A stretch of 64,000 nt of DNA from Gnetum montanum (Eukaryota; Plantae; Gnetophyta). This document shows, one piece after another, positions 52,225 to 64,000 of this stretch. How positions within the stretch are numbered: position 1 is the first letter of the stretch; each line of letters begins with the position of its first letter. The notes under the pieces are model-generated. The model was not told the DNA's origin and made no database searches. It saw only the letters and a program-made list of their open reading frames with translations. Position numbers and translations under genes: made by a program. Location of the stretch: positions 1-64,000 of the forward strand of contig MNCI01002112.1 of NCBI GenBank assembly GCA_015680685.1. The letters run 5' to 3'.

Positions 52225-53791
52225 TGAAACACCGTGAAAATTGTGAGTCGGCCTCAGGCGAAGATTCGCAATTTAGACAAAAGTACATGACAGAATTCCA
52301 GAAAGGAGAACAAGGAAAGACAAGGCAAAGAGGCACGTGACATCAAGACTTCAGTTTCCTTTTGCAGATTTTCTATCTTATTATGTTTTCCATTTTTACA
52401 CTATCGTACGCAACATAGTGTAATGATGCTTAGCATAACATAGCCTGATATTAGAAGGCGCTTTACTTCAGCAGATGTGGTGAAACTTAAGGCCTAAGCA
52501 GCATAATATGCAATATCTTGTGTATTCTGCTAAGTATTTTGTCCAAGAGCAGATTTACGCTCTGTTACGCAAGGCAGTGTAATGAGCTTTGAAAGCATCA
52601 CAGAGAATCCAAAGGAAGCGCAACAGGTCAACTCTTTTCTCTTTCTTGAAAATTGATCATCTTACACTCTTTACGCAACGCAGCGTACGTCAGCGTAATT
52701 CATTGTCAAGCTAATCATTGTTTACGCTTCACTACGCTTGGCAGCGTGAATGAGCGTAAAGCAACTTGAGTCCATTACTTTTGTGCTTTATTACGCTCTT
52801 GCACGTGACGCAATGCGTACGAGCGTAATATAGCCCAAAATCAACTGAGATAATGCCTGATCCACATTTGTTACTCATACGCACAATACAAAGATGCATG
52901 TATTATGCGTAGTCACAAATTTCGACACAAGGATGGTCAAGTCAACGATCTTCTAAGTTTGAAACATGTGTCATCACAGCCATGCCTTCTCCACACATTG
53001 AAACTTATAAATATCCCAGTTGGCGAAGGAAAAGGGGGGGGGAATAGACGGAGCAACATAGAGAGACAGAGGAAGAGAGCAGCACTTTGGCAATCTTTTG
53101 GCAGCATTATCTTTCAACAGAGACAAGAAACATTTTATTGAGCATTGGCAGTAGGAGCGATTGGTCCTTTGGTGAAGACACAACTTTCTCCATTGGTGAT
53201 CATTGGCAGTTCTGAGCAGAGACTACCCAAGGCAAAAGGAGCAGATCAGAGATTGAGAGATCATCTGGCATGGTTTGTGAGCTCTATTGATCAGAAGCAG
53301 TTGATCGATAGACGTTAGAACTTGACCTTCCTTGCATCCCATCTCTGGCCTACGAGGTAGATTGGACTCCATTCTGTACTTCTGCTTAGACAGTTTTCTT
53401 GTTATTTTGTGTTTGCTTCACACAAGGCAATCGAGGTCTCCCCAGTGTAATGTGGTATACAAAATATTCATTTTTTAGGTCTAAGCATAGATCTTGAAAT
53501 CACGCATTTCTCTCTTGTCTGATTCCTTTTACCGTGTTAACGTTATCATTATTACAATTCATCTACATTTTTTTTCTCTCATTTTGCGACTCGACGAATC
53601 AAATCATGCCACGAAAATATTCATAACCTCCATTGGTTTATTGATTTAGTAAGTCCCTGTCAAATCGACAAGACCGTTCAGGGCACTGCGGATCCATTTT
53701 CTCCAACACAGCTCTCGCACGGATCCGTGGTTAAGACTGTATACACGGATTTTGTTTAGTATTCTAGTTGCCGACATTTTCCGTTGTTACA
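52225..53791 (+). repeat. 3' LTR of copy D (1567 bp)
   Basis: Follows PPT, TG...CA termini, followed by TSD AGGTA; 9 differences (all transitions) from the 5' LTR in the first 120 nt. Confidence 0.95.
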
Positions 53792-54524
53792 AGGTAGGTA
53801 AAGGGGAAGGATAGGATGTGCACTCCAAATTAGCTAAGCTAGTTAAGACAACCACCTTGTAGTGATGTAGTGTCCTGGCGCCATGGCAAAATGCATCTCT
53901 AACCGACGCCCCTATGGTACGCACCCTGCAAACACAACAGAAAGAAAATCAAAACAAAAAACCATGATGAAAAATGAAGGTGAAGGTCTTTCTTGTTGTG
54001 GATGTTGCTAGAGCTTTGGGATTTGTTGTTGAGGCATGCGACGTCCAAACTAGGAAGGCCAATAGCGGGCTTGGCAGCATTAGTGTGGAGGAGCTGGCAC
54101 CAAGGAGGCTAGGAGTTATTGTGAATGCGGATGCTTAGGAATCATTACACAAGGCAAGCATTATTAGTTCAGCTATGAGATGGGCTACCCAATAGCTAAA
54201 TGTCTCTTGAGCTTGGACGCTGGTAGGGGTTGGAGGATAACAATATTGTGGTTGGGCGACAATACTGCTAGAACTCTAGCAGTAGGCGCTGACCAGGGAA
54301 GCTATTGCCAGGGCGATAAGCCATGGCGGCAGTAGGTCTAGAGGATCAGTAGGATGCCATACAACATCTCCATAGGATCATCAAGATGCTAGGAGTAGTG
54401 GCATTGCATATGTTCTAGAGGGTGTTTTATTGGCATCATGAACTGTAATGTCCCACTGCTTGTCAGCACTATGCATGCTCGCTTGTTGTGTACTGGCAAA
54501 GATGCATGCTGGGGATGTCCCATG

Positions 54525-54925
54525 AACCTAGTTTGAGATCTTGGTAGACCATGGTGTTCTCATTTAAGGTCTCAGTAGACTGCTATGCTGGTTTAAGGTC
54601 CCAGTAGACCGTATGTGCCAGTTTTTCGTCATAGTAGATAGTCGCTATGCTACTTTAAGGTCCTAGTAGACTGTTGTGCTAGTTTACCATCGTAGCAGAT
54701 AGTGGATGAGCTAGTTTAAGGTCCTAGCAAACTATCTATGTCGATTTATAGTCATAGCAGACTGTCTATGCTAGTTTTACATCACAGCAGACGTTGGTGA
54801 AGCTTTGGCAGTTTTACATTGTAGCAGACATTTGTTTGCCAATTTTACATCGTAGCGAATGATGGTTTGCTAGTTTGATGTCATAGCGAATGATGGTTTG
54901 CCAATTTAACATGATAGTGGATGAT
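54525..54925 (-). repeat. 3' UTR tandem array of copy C
   Basis: TGCTAGTTTAAGGTCCTAGTAGAC-like units. Confidence 0.82.
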
Positions 54926-54949
54926 TTCTTAACATGTTCATGCTTCAGA

Positions 54950-57900
54950 TATAGTACAGATTGAGGTATGAGTGTTTTACCGAATTTGCAAACTCGTCAT
55001 CCATGTCTACCAGCTTGAAGGCCCTATTCCCAAAGGCTTTTGTTACCATATGTGGACCTTCCTAGTTTGCTAAGAATTTGTTCATATGCTCACAGATAGC
55101 CTTGAGAACAAGGTATCCCTTCTGTATTGGCTGTTGATGCGGATTTACATGATGTTTTTGCCCTAGCTTGTTCTAATAGTGCTCTATGCAACCCAATGTT
55201 TGTGCACGGTCCTCCTCTATTGAGTCGAGGTCGATGATCCTTGACTCATTGTTCTAGGCTTTACTCAAGACATTTGATAGGATCATCTAGAGTGATGGCA
55301 CCTGTAACTCAAGAGGTAACACCACTTTAGATCCATAAATAAGACTATAAGGTGTCTTACCTGTTGCAGTCCTGCATGTCGTCCTGTAAGCCCACAACAC
55401 ATAGAGGATTTTCTCATGCCATCGCCTCTTATTGTTGTTAAGAATTCTTTTCAGCAAGTTGATGATGGACTTATTTGTAGTATCTTCTTGTCCATTTTCC
55501 TATGGGTAGTATGGTGAGGAGAATGATTGTATGATGCCAATATTGCTGCAAAAGGTTCAAGTTTCTGCACTACTAAACTATGGCCCATTGTTGGTCACAA
55601 TAGTCATGGAAAGCCCAAACCTTGTCATGATGTTGTCGAAGATGAAGTGGAAAACTTGCTGAGATGTAGTCTTCCTCATGGGGATAACCTCCATCCACTT
55701 AGTAAAATACTCAATGGCGATGATGATGAAGTTATGCCTTGTGGAGGACTTAGGCATGATAGGTCCTATGAGGTCTAGCCCCCATCACTGGAAAGGCCAT
55801 GTCATCTGCATTGGATGGAGCTCTGTAGGTGAAACATGTATGAGATTTTCATATTGTTGGCATGTATCACATGTCTTGACTTTAGCTAGGTAGTAACGCT
55901 CCATGTGAGGCTAGTAATACCCTAGACATCTAATTTTTGCATCCATAGCCCTAGGTGTTCTGTGTCCACCACACAATCCCTTATGTACTTCATAAATCAC
56001 CTTCTGCACTTGCTCCTTATTTATGAATGCCAGAAATATCCCATCATAGGAGTATTTTCATAGAGCGTTGTCTCCCATGAGCACATATTGCCAAGCACGC
56101 TTATGAATCACATCTCTCTGGGTAGATGTCAATCCTCTTGGGGGCTCGCCAAGTTGCAGGTAGGCTTTAATGTTGGCATACCTCTCTTAGGTATTTGCAG
56201 CACTGACAGAGGCTACGTGTACCGTTAGAGTGATAGGCTCCATTCACTCAGTAATTGAGGTTGGTAAACTTGCAAACAAGTGTGATGGAATATTTAATGC
56301 TAGGGTGGCCAAGGTATCTACTACGGTGTTTTCATTGTGTGGAACATGTTGCATGTCTGTTGTTGTAAACTATTCGAGTAGGCTTTTCACTAAGTTGTAA
56401 TAGGGTTGCAGGTGTGTACCCTTGCAGGGGTAGACCTTGGTGATTTGATTCATAACTAGTTGTAAATCTCTGTGAATCACCAGGTGTTGTATGCTTAATG
56501 CTTGGGCTACTAAGAGGACCCTGAGTAACCCCTTGTACTCTGCCACGTTGTTTGTATAAGGGAATGCAAATCGATAAGAAAAAGGATGCATTTCCCTAGA
56601 GGGGAATGTAATGATAGTAGCTACACTACCACCTTGCGTGGTCAAGGCACCATCGAAATGCAAAGTAACTTTAAGATGCGATGGAACAATGTTGACAGTG
56701 CTAACATGCTCATCTGGAAATTTGGGATCTATGATTGCCTAGTTGTCGATGGGTGAGGTCGTAAGTTGCATTGCTATGACTTGACCTTTCATCGATGATT
56801 GGCTCACATAATGTAAATCAAATTCCACTATTATTAATTTCCATCGGACTGTCCTACTACTTTCATACAGATTATTTGTGATAGCCCGGAGTATGTTTCT
56901 CTTGCAAATAATGTTAATCTTGCTATGAAATAGGTAGTATGTCCACTTCTTCAATGTAAACACTAAGGCAAGACAGTTTCTCTCCACCTTATTGTATTTC
57001 ACTTCATACACTATCAATGCATGACTTAGATAGGACACTGGTATCTCAGAACCGTTATACCGTTTCTAACATAACAATGCCACGATCGACGTTTCTAAGG
57101 TGGCAAGATAGATGAAGAAAGGCTTATCCCTCTGTGGTGGGTAAATAGTTGGGAGGTGCAAAATTTCTTTCTTCAGATCATCAAAGGCTTGTTGGCACTA
57201 TGGCATCCATTCAAAGTTAACCCCTTTCTTCAGTAGATGTTGCATAGGGTGTAACTTGCTTGTCAATTTTGTTATAAATCTTTTGATAAACTATACTCTA
57301 CCTTGTAACCTATGCAATTCCTTAATATTTGTAGGTGGCGCTAGGTTAACGATGGCCTTGACTTTGTCAAGGTCCACTTGTATTCTGGCCTCCAATACTA
57401 CAAATCCTAACATGCATTCGGTTCTCACCCCGAAGACACACTTTTTAGGATTAAGGCGTAAGTCATGCATATGGCAACACTAGATTGTCGGGATGATCAG
57501 CAGCTTCTTTAGATTTCGCCGCTATGTCATCCATGTAATCATTCAGTGTTTCTAAGATTTAGTCACTAAAGATGTAAGTCATGGCTTGTTGGTAGGTTGC
57601 TCTGGCATTCTTGAGCCCAAAAGGCATCATAGTGTAACTAAAGGTACCCCATGGGTTCATGAAGGTTGTTGTTAACTGATGTTCTAGGTTAATGCAAATT
57701 TGGTTGTAGCCAGAGAAACCATCCATGAAGGATAATAGAGCATGACTAGCTGTAGTGTCAATGAGTTGATCAATACTTAGAAGTGGGAAATCATCTTTGA
57801 TTGTTACTTTATTCAGATCCTGGAAGTCTATACAAATTTGTATCCCTCCCATTTTCTTAGAAACTATAATGATGTAAGACACCCATTTTGAGTAATCAAC

Positions 57901-58400
57901 TGCCTAGATGAAACCAACCTAGTATGGTTTGGTGATTTCATCTTGTACAACCAGTTCAATCTCAAGTTTAACCTTGCGAGCTTTCTGCTTAATCATTTTC
58001 ATGCACAGGTCTAAGATGATGTTGTGTTGTATCAGCCTTGGATCTAAACTTGGCATGTCGCTATATGACCATGGAAAGACTTCAATGTTATCTTGTAGAA
58101 TTTTGGCTACATCTTTGTGCATCTACGAATCTAGGAGGGAACTAAGTTTTAATGTTTTTACCTCCCCCCTGAATGTGGTCATAGGCACTTCGATGAGAGG
58201 GTCCTTAGTTACATCCCTAGCCTCTAAATCTAGGGCTTGGACTAGATGCTTAGGCCACTCTGTGGATACTACTAAGGATGCTATGGTGCTAACTACAGGT
58301 GATTCCTAGTCTATTAGATCTAGGTTCAGTTGTCTTGCGAGTTTGCCATGTGGACCTACTAAAGCTAAAGGTGAAGAAAGATCATGATGGATTTCCATCC
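54950..58400 (-). pseudogene. pol: Degenerate pol of copy C
   Basis: ORFs 57559-57882 (RT), 56739-57038 (RH), 56370-56663 (aRH, HFDGA..NNVAEY). Confidence 0.93.
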
Positions 58401-59774
58401 TCACTCAACTTGCCAAAATGGGATCAAAGTCTAGTCAAGACGTACCTATTTTTAGTAACTATGCATAGCAAAAATTTGCAAAGTAGCAATGAAATATGAG
58501 CAATGGAAATAAGTGGAAAGTATGATAGAAAAATTGAGATTTTCTAGTTTAATGTTGTGGCGAATTGCTTGGAAGTTGAAATGCAAAACTGCTAATGTAA
58601 AAATGCAAAAGCTACTAGTTTAACATATTTGTGGACTACCAACAAGTTAGAGTATTAGTTTAAGGTCATTGCGGACTTCCTAGATGTAAAAATGTAAAAT
58701 TACTAGTATAAAGAATGGGAAGCTGCTAATGTGAAAATGCAAAACTGCTGATGTAAAAATGCGAAACTACTAGTTTAATGTCATTCAACGAGTAAAAGGG
58801 TCGAAACTGCTAGTTTAAGGTCTTTTTAGACTACTAACTAGATATTTTTGTGAAGGAAAATGGCTTGTTTGAAGCATGTCAAGGCTTTTCACCCAAGCCC
58901 ACCTATCTTAATGCAAATAGTGCTACTACATTGTGGCAGGCATGCTACACTGCACAGAATACTCCACATTAAACATGGAGAGAGAATGACAAGTTTCCTT
59001 TTCACCATTGCAGTTATAAATAAAGATTAACACTTGGTAAACTCATCATTTTCACCGTAATACCATAGAGCCCACATTCGAAGTGCAGAGCTAGCATTCA
59101 GAGTGTAGAGAGATAGTGCCAATAGAGAGCAAGGTGATTCAACATAGCAACGAGGAAAGAGTCGGCAAGCAAAACAATGGCTCCTAGGAAAGAATGCAAA
59201 CACTTGGCACTTGCAGGCACGTGTCATGGTGCGAGAGGAGACACCGTTGACCTGGTAGGCTGTTATGCTTCCTTTTTTTTCTCATGCTTCTGTTATTATT
59301 TCTGCTTTTCTTATTTTTTTTTTTGCAATTCTATTTAGCTACCTATGTTTTTTCTACCATCATGTTGTCATTGTTTTGGCCCTTCCACCATCACTATCGT
59401 TGTTTTGGCTGCAGTGGATGTACAAATGCTACTTTAAGGTTGCATGCAAGGTTGTCTAGATCACCATCGTTGCGACTATCATTACCATAGAGGCTTGGAT
59501 GATTTGAGCCACTTTTCATGAAAATAGCATAGCGTAGGACCCTCAAGAGGGTTTGTCCATGTGTGTGATGTGACAGTGTAACATGTGTTCTATCATGGCG
59601 TGATGTTAATCGCTTTGTTAGGGCTAATATCTTTGTTGCTATGCTAAGCTAATTTTGCTACGCTATTGCCTTTGTGTTTTCTTACTACGCTATGTGCATG
59701 AAGAGAATTGTGTTATACTATTTGCTAAAATGCTAGTTTTTCTACACTATATGTGCATTCCACTCAGACATGGT

Positions 59775-61190
59775 TGAAACACCACTAATTTTGGCCTAGC
59801 ACTTTTAGAAAAGAATCGGGCTAAGTCATGCTACTGCCTAATATGAGTATAGCGTGACCAAACTTGGAGGCCTCCAAAAGAGTCCCTGATGGCCCATGAT
59901 TCAATAGGCAAGGTTCCCCTAGGGCCCATAGGTTACTGCACCAAATTCCAACATCTAGAATCAAAAGTTTCAGGTTCAAAATATTTGGTTTTGGCTAAGT
60001 AAACTTTGGTTAATTTTTCAGATGTTGCACAGCGTAAGGATCAGCGTCACCAACTTTTGGAGCCCTAAAATTGAGTCAAAACAGGATGAAATTGAGCACA
60101 AGGACCCCCCATGACTTTCACCAAGGTCACCAGTAGCTCCTAGCCTCTAGAAAATCAAGATTTGTGCCTCAAATATGCCATTTTGGCTTGGTGACGCTAG
60201 GGTTACTTTTTCAGACACTGCACAACGTAAGGATTAGCATCACCAATTTTTAGAGCCTCAAAACTGAGCCAAAATGATTTGATTTCAAGGGTGAAAGTCA
60301 TCCTCAAGGTCCACTATTGATAACTATGGGTCCCAACCTTTAGAAGTTCCATATTTCAGCTCAAAATTTCAAGTTTTGGAGGTCACACTGCAGGTCATGC
60401 TGGATGCTAGACAAGTGAGGCAGAGTTAATCCTCCTTGATTTTCTTTGTAAATTTTTATCATTTGAGAGCTTATATAAATTATTTATATTTTCATGGGCT
60501 TGAATGACCCACACGTTGTGAGATACATTTAATTTGGTCAAAGAAGAAAAATATCCAGCACACATCCAACTCGTGCATAACTATCCAACACAGATACATT
60601 GAACCTGGTCAAGAATGTAGCTTACCAACACACATCCAACATGTGCACAACTATCCAACATAGATACATTGAACCTAGTCAAGAATGTAGCTTTCCAACA
60701 CACATCCAACTTATGCAGAACTATCCAACACAGATACATTGAACCTGGTCAAAGAATGCAACTATCCAGCACCCAGCCCAACCCTATAAATACCCTATCA
60801 ATTCACATAAACAGAGAGGAAAATATTCGAGAGATTGGCAACTCTGAAGAAGGATAGAATTTGCAATCTTTGGGTGCTCAGCAAACCTAATTGTTGGCTT
60901 CCAAGTATTTCTCACGTTCATCCCATTTCATTGTCACATCATCGCATCATATCATTCTGGGGCTAGGCGTTTGACTTGCCATCCACACGTGTGCAACTAC
61001 GCTTTGACCTATGCATATTCTTGTTTAAGCAATATAATACAATTTCATTATTGCCTCCCATTTACATCATTTACTTCAGTTTATGCTTTGTCTACAATAT
61101 AGCTCTATTTACACTTTATTTAAAATTCAATACGCTCTTTTTACATTTCATATTGCTGTTTGCATTCCATTTACATACCATTTACGATAA
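59775..61190 (+). mobile_element. 3'-truncated LTR of a related family inserted in intron 1 of the copy C accessory gene
   Basis: Begins TGAAACACCA, TATAAATA ~60785, T-rich U5-like tract; no CA end or TSD found. Confidence 0.65.
60555..60771. repeat. 70-bp tandem repeat, ~3 copies
   Basis: CCAACACACATCCAAC...GAACCTGGTCAAGAATGTAGCTT units starting at 60555, 60625 and 60695. Confidence 0.92.
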
Positions 61191-64000
61191 CCCCAGTGCT
61201 AGCCACCAAAGAGGTTTATCCCATCTTTCGTGCTCGCACTTTTCCCCAGCTACTTTCCCAAGGGAAGATCATTGGGATTGAGCAAACTTGGGTGATGCAA
61301 GAGGTCATGGAAGAGGGGGCTCTCTACAACTGAGCTAGGCATTTGTGGAAGGGCCTACAAACTGAAATCGTTGTCTTCATAAGAAGCAGGAGTCACTTTT
61401 CAATGTGCACTATGTCTTTTACATAGCTTGCTTGTGACATTTTATAGAGTTTTTGGTAGTCCATGATAATGGAGTTTGGGTTATGCGAGATCACAACTAG
61501 GATTCCAAATCATGGATCTATGAAATCTTCCAGACCACCCGAGCCCAAGATTCCCTAGAAGCTATTGGGGAGTCATTTTCTATGATGACTAAGGATTGGG
61601 TGGCCCACAATGTTCATGGCCAAGACAGCATGGGAGAGGTGCCCCCTACTACTACAGGTAGTGTGTCGTAGGGGAAATGTCTCATTGTCGAAATGGTGAC
61701 CACCAAGTTGTGGTGAAAGAGGCCTCAACTAGCTGAGGAGACCCTCTGCATAGAAGAAGAAGAGGGACATACACTGCGGTTCAGGCTACGCAAGACATAA
61801 CCTTCCATCAATAAATGCTCTTCTCTATGCTTGTTTTTTGCCTCTTAATTAAATGCTTGCTATGTTGTGATATGCTAGGCAGCATAGCATAGTGTAGCAT
61901 CTACTTTAGCTAATGTGGTTTAAGCTATAATGTGAATATGTGTTTTTTTTTTGCAGCTAGAGAAAGAGGAAGAAGAAGAAGAAGTTGATGAAGAGGTGTT
62001 ATCCCTTAAGATGAGGGTAGAAAATAAAGACACGGAGGTCCTAGCCTCAGAGTCAAGAGGAAAGGAGCTTCTATCACTAAAGAAGGGGCTCTTATTGTTA
62101 AGGAAAATCCTCCTAATGATGAGGAGGACATTTTTGGAGATGAACAGGAGTCTCCTATGGATGTGGTGCCTCAGCAAATAAGGAAGAAGCTCGCATCAAC
62201 CTAGAAGGGACTTCCACTAGAGATCCCTTTGACAAACGCAATTCAACATTGGGGGAATAGATAAATGCTAAGGATGCTACCATAGTTTTGAGTCAAAAAG
62301 GAGGGGAACTATAATTAGATGGTAGTGAGTTTGATAATATATTTGATGATGTGTTGATGGGCAATCCTCCCGTTATCACCCCGAGGGTTTACTGGGTAGG
62401 AGCCCTCACACTGTCGTTTGCTTTACTCACAGCCTTATTATAGTTCACCTTGGTCATTACTGACACGTTTGATTGCATGAAAAATACCACTGTTAATGCT
62501 ATAGGACTCCCTCTGATTTTCATGAAACCATGGGCTGAGACCCCTGACAAGCTCACATTCATGCAAGGGATCGTTGACGACATGATTGGCCATCTTAGAC
62601 ATGTCAATCCTGAAGTGGGTAAGTAAAGTAGCTATGATAGGCTCTTTGAGTTTGCTATGATAGAAGATTTGAATTGCTAACATTGCTATGCTAGTGTGAC
62701 TAATGCACTCTTTGTGTGGTCATAACCTCTCGCTCAAGTGGGACCTGACACGGGCATTGAAAGTCAATGCCATGCCTACATTCTTGCCCGAAGTGGCCAA
62801 GGTGCCTCATCACATATACGATGAGGCTAGAAAATGTGCTTTGCACTCGGCACGCTCCTTGTGGGAGTGTAGGCATGCCAACGAGGATCTATGGAAATGG
62901 GCCCAGAAAGTTGAGAAAGAGAAGGATGAATTGAGCACTGAAGTGGGAGACCTCAAATCCAAGAACGAGTTCCTCCTAGCTCATGATACCAATGATGGAA
63001 GTTGGCGCATGATTGTCATAGATTATGCTAGATACTGGATAGTCGTGTGGCAAAACAATGAGGCCACTTGGGAGATAATAGAATAGGGGATGTAGATGGA
63101 CTTGTTGGCTCAGAAGAACCAAGATTGAAAAGACTATAGCACTAGAGTTTACAAGTGGGAGTAGTCCCAGAAAAACAATAAACATATGTAGAAATTGGAA
63201 CGTGCCACCTACCGCAAACTATACAGGGATGCTTTTGGGAAGGTTTTTACTTATAAAGCATTCATAAATGTCATTGGCTCTTCTGATGCCTATAATAAGT
63301 TCATGGAGTAGGTAAAGGTCAATAAATATTCTGAATGGGAAGTGGATCTTCCCATAGGTGAGACTGTTACTGCCTCCTTTTCTCTAGGACCGCCGAGATG
63401 GATGGCCATAAAAAAGGAGAAAGCTACTACAGATGCTAAACCAAGCAATAGACATTGGGAAAACATCATGGAGGAGGAGGTCTGGCACTAACTCAAGCTT
63501 GGTTTGGATTGCATACCCTTCGAGGCGGACATGGGGCCATCTCGGGTTAGTCACTTTCTACTATAGAAAAGGCTTATGCTCTATTCTAGCTTTCATGTGT
63601 TGCTCTAGCTAACTACTTCAATTCTATAATGCAGATCCTTGATGAAGATGCAAGGCCTGTAGAGGGCAGAAATGAAGAGGTAGAAGAGGGAAATGCAGAG
63701 GAAGGTGAGGCAGAATGGAATGATGCAGGAGTAAATGATGTGGGTGAAGATGATGCGGGTGAATATAACCCATGACAGCATGAGATTTTTGAAATTTTGA
63801 ATTTTTGCAAAACTATTGCGAACATTTATCAATGGAAAAAAATTTAATGAAGTAAAATTTGAAAGAAAATTGGTCTTATCCTTGCTTATGCATTTTTTAG
63901 GTGATCATTTTTATGTTATGTTTTCGCTTTTGATGTTTTAGTTTTAGGCCATTTCCGGCCTTTGCTAGTTTTAGGCCATTTCGGGTCCCTCTTAGTTTTA

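Larger units (their letters stand above)
36551..53791 (+). mobile_element. Full-length Ty3/gypsy LTR retrotransposon, Tat/Ogre-like (copy D, ~17.2 kb), decayed by point mutation
   Basis: Two homologous LTRs (TGAAAC...GTTACA), 5-bp TSD AGGTA at 36546-36550 and 53792-53796, PBS, PPT, and gag-PR plus RT-RH-aRH-INT coding regions. Confidence 0.97.
59177..63774 (+). pseudogene. Accessory gene of copy C; exons 2-3 and start of exon 4 lost at an LTR insertion/deletion
   Basis: TATAAATA 59015; ATGGCTCCT..CTG|GTAGGC; resumes ~61190 with VYPIFRARTFP..LSQGK; exon 7 ORF 62703-63086 homologous to D 43217-43663; acidic last exon ~63633-63774. Confidence 0.8.
34111..64000 (-). mobile_element. Tat/Ogre-like element (copy C), split by copy D, continuing past the window end
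   Basis: 3' LTR 34111-35909, PPT ~35914-35921, 3' UTR rejoined across TSD AGGTA, pol 54950-58400, accessory gene 59177-63774. Confidence 0.88.

Overview
Plant-type heterochromatic window made almost entirely of nested, decaying Ty3/gypsy LTR retrotransposons of the Tat/Ogre type (domain order gag-PR-[long spacer]-RT-RH-aRH-INT). One structurally complete copy (D, 36551-53791, +, TG..CA LTRs, AGGTA target-site duplication, tRNA-Leu-like PBS, PPT) sits inside minus-strand copy C, which interrupts copy B, which interrupts copy A. A solo LTR, a partial LTR carrying copy E, and a truncated LTR are also present. Main observation: the ~5.1 kb spacer between protease and reverse transcriptase carries an antisense 8-exon gene with its own TATA-like box. 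In copy D it splices without frameshifts to 3327 nt (1108 aa, interrupted only by nonsense codons). Its exon 2 encodes a recognisable but catalytically degenerate FCP1/SCP-type (NIF, HAD-fold) CTD-phosphatase-like domain, followed by a transposon-accessory-like domain, a coiled coil and an acidic tail. Homologous exons occur in five diverged copies. No intact host gene, RNA gene or CRISPR array was recognised. All calls were made by eye without database searches.
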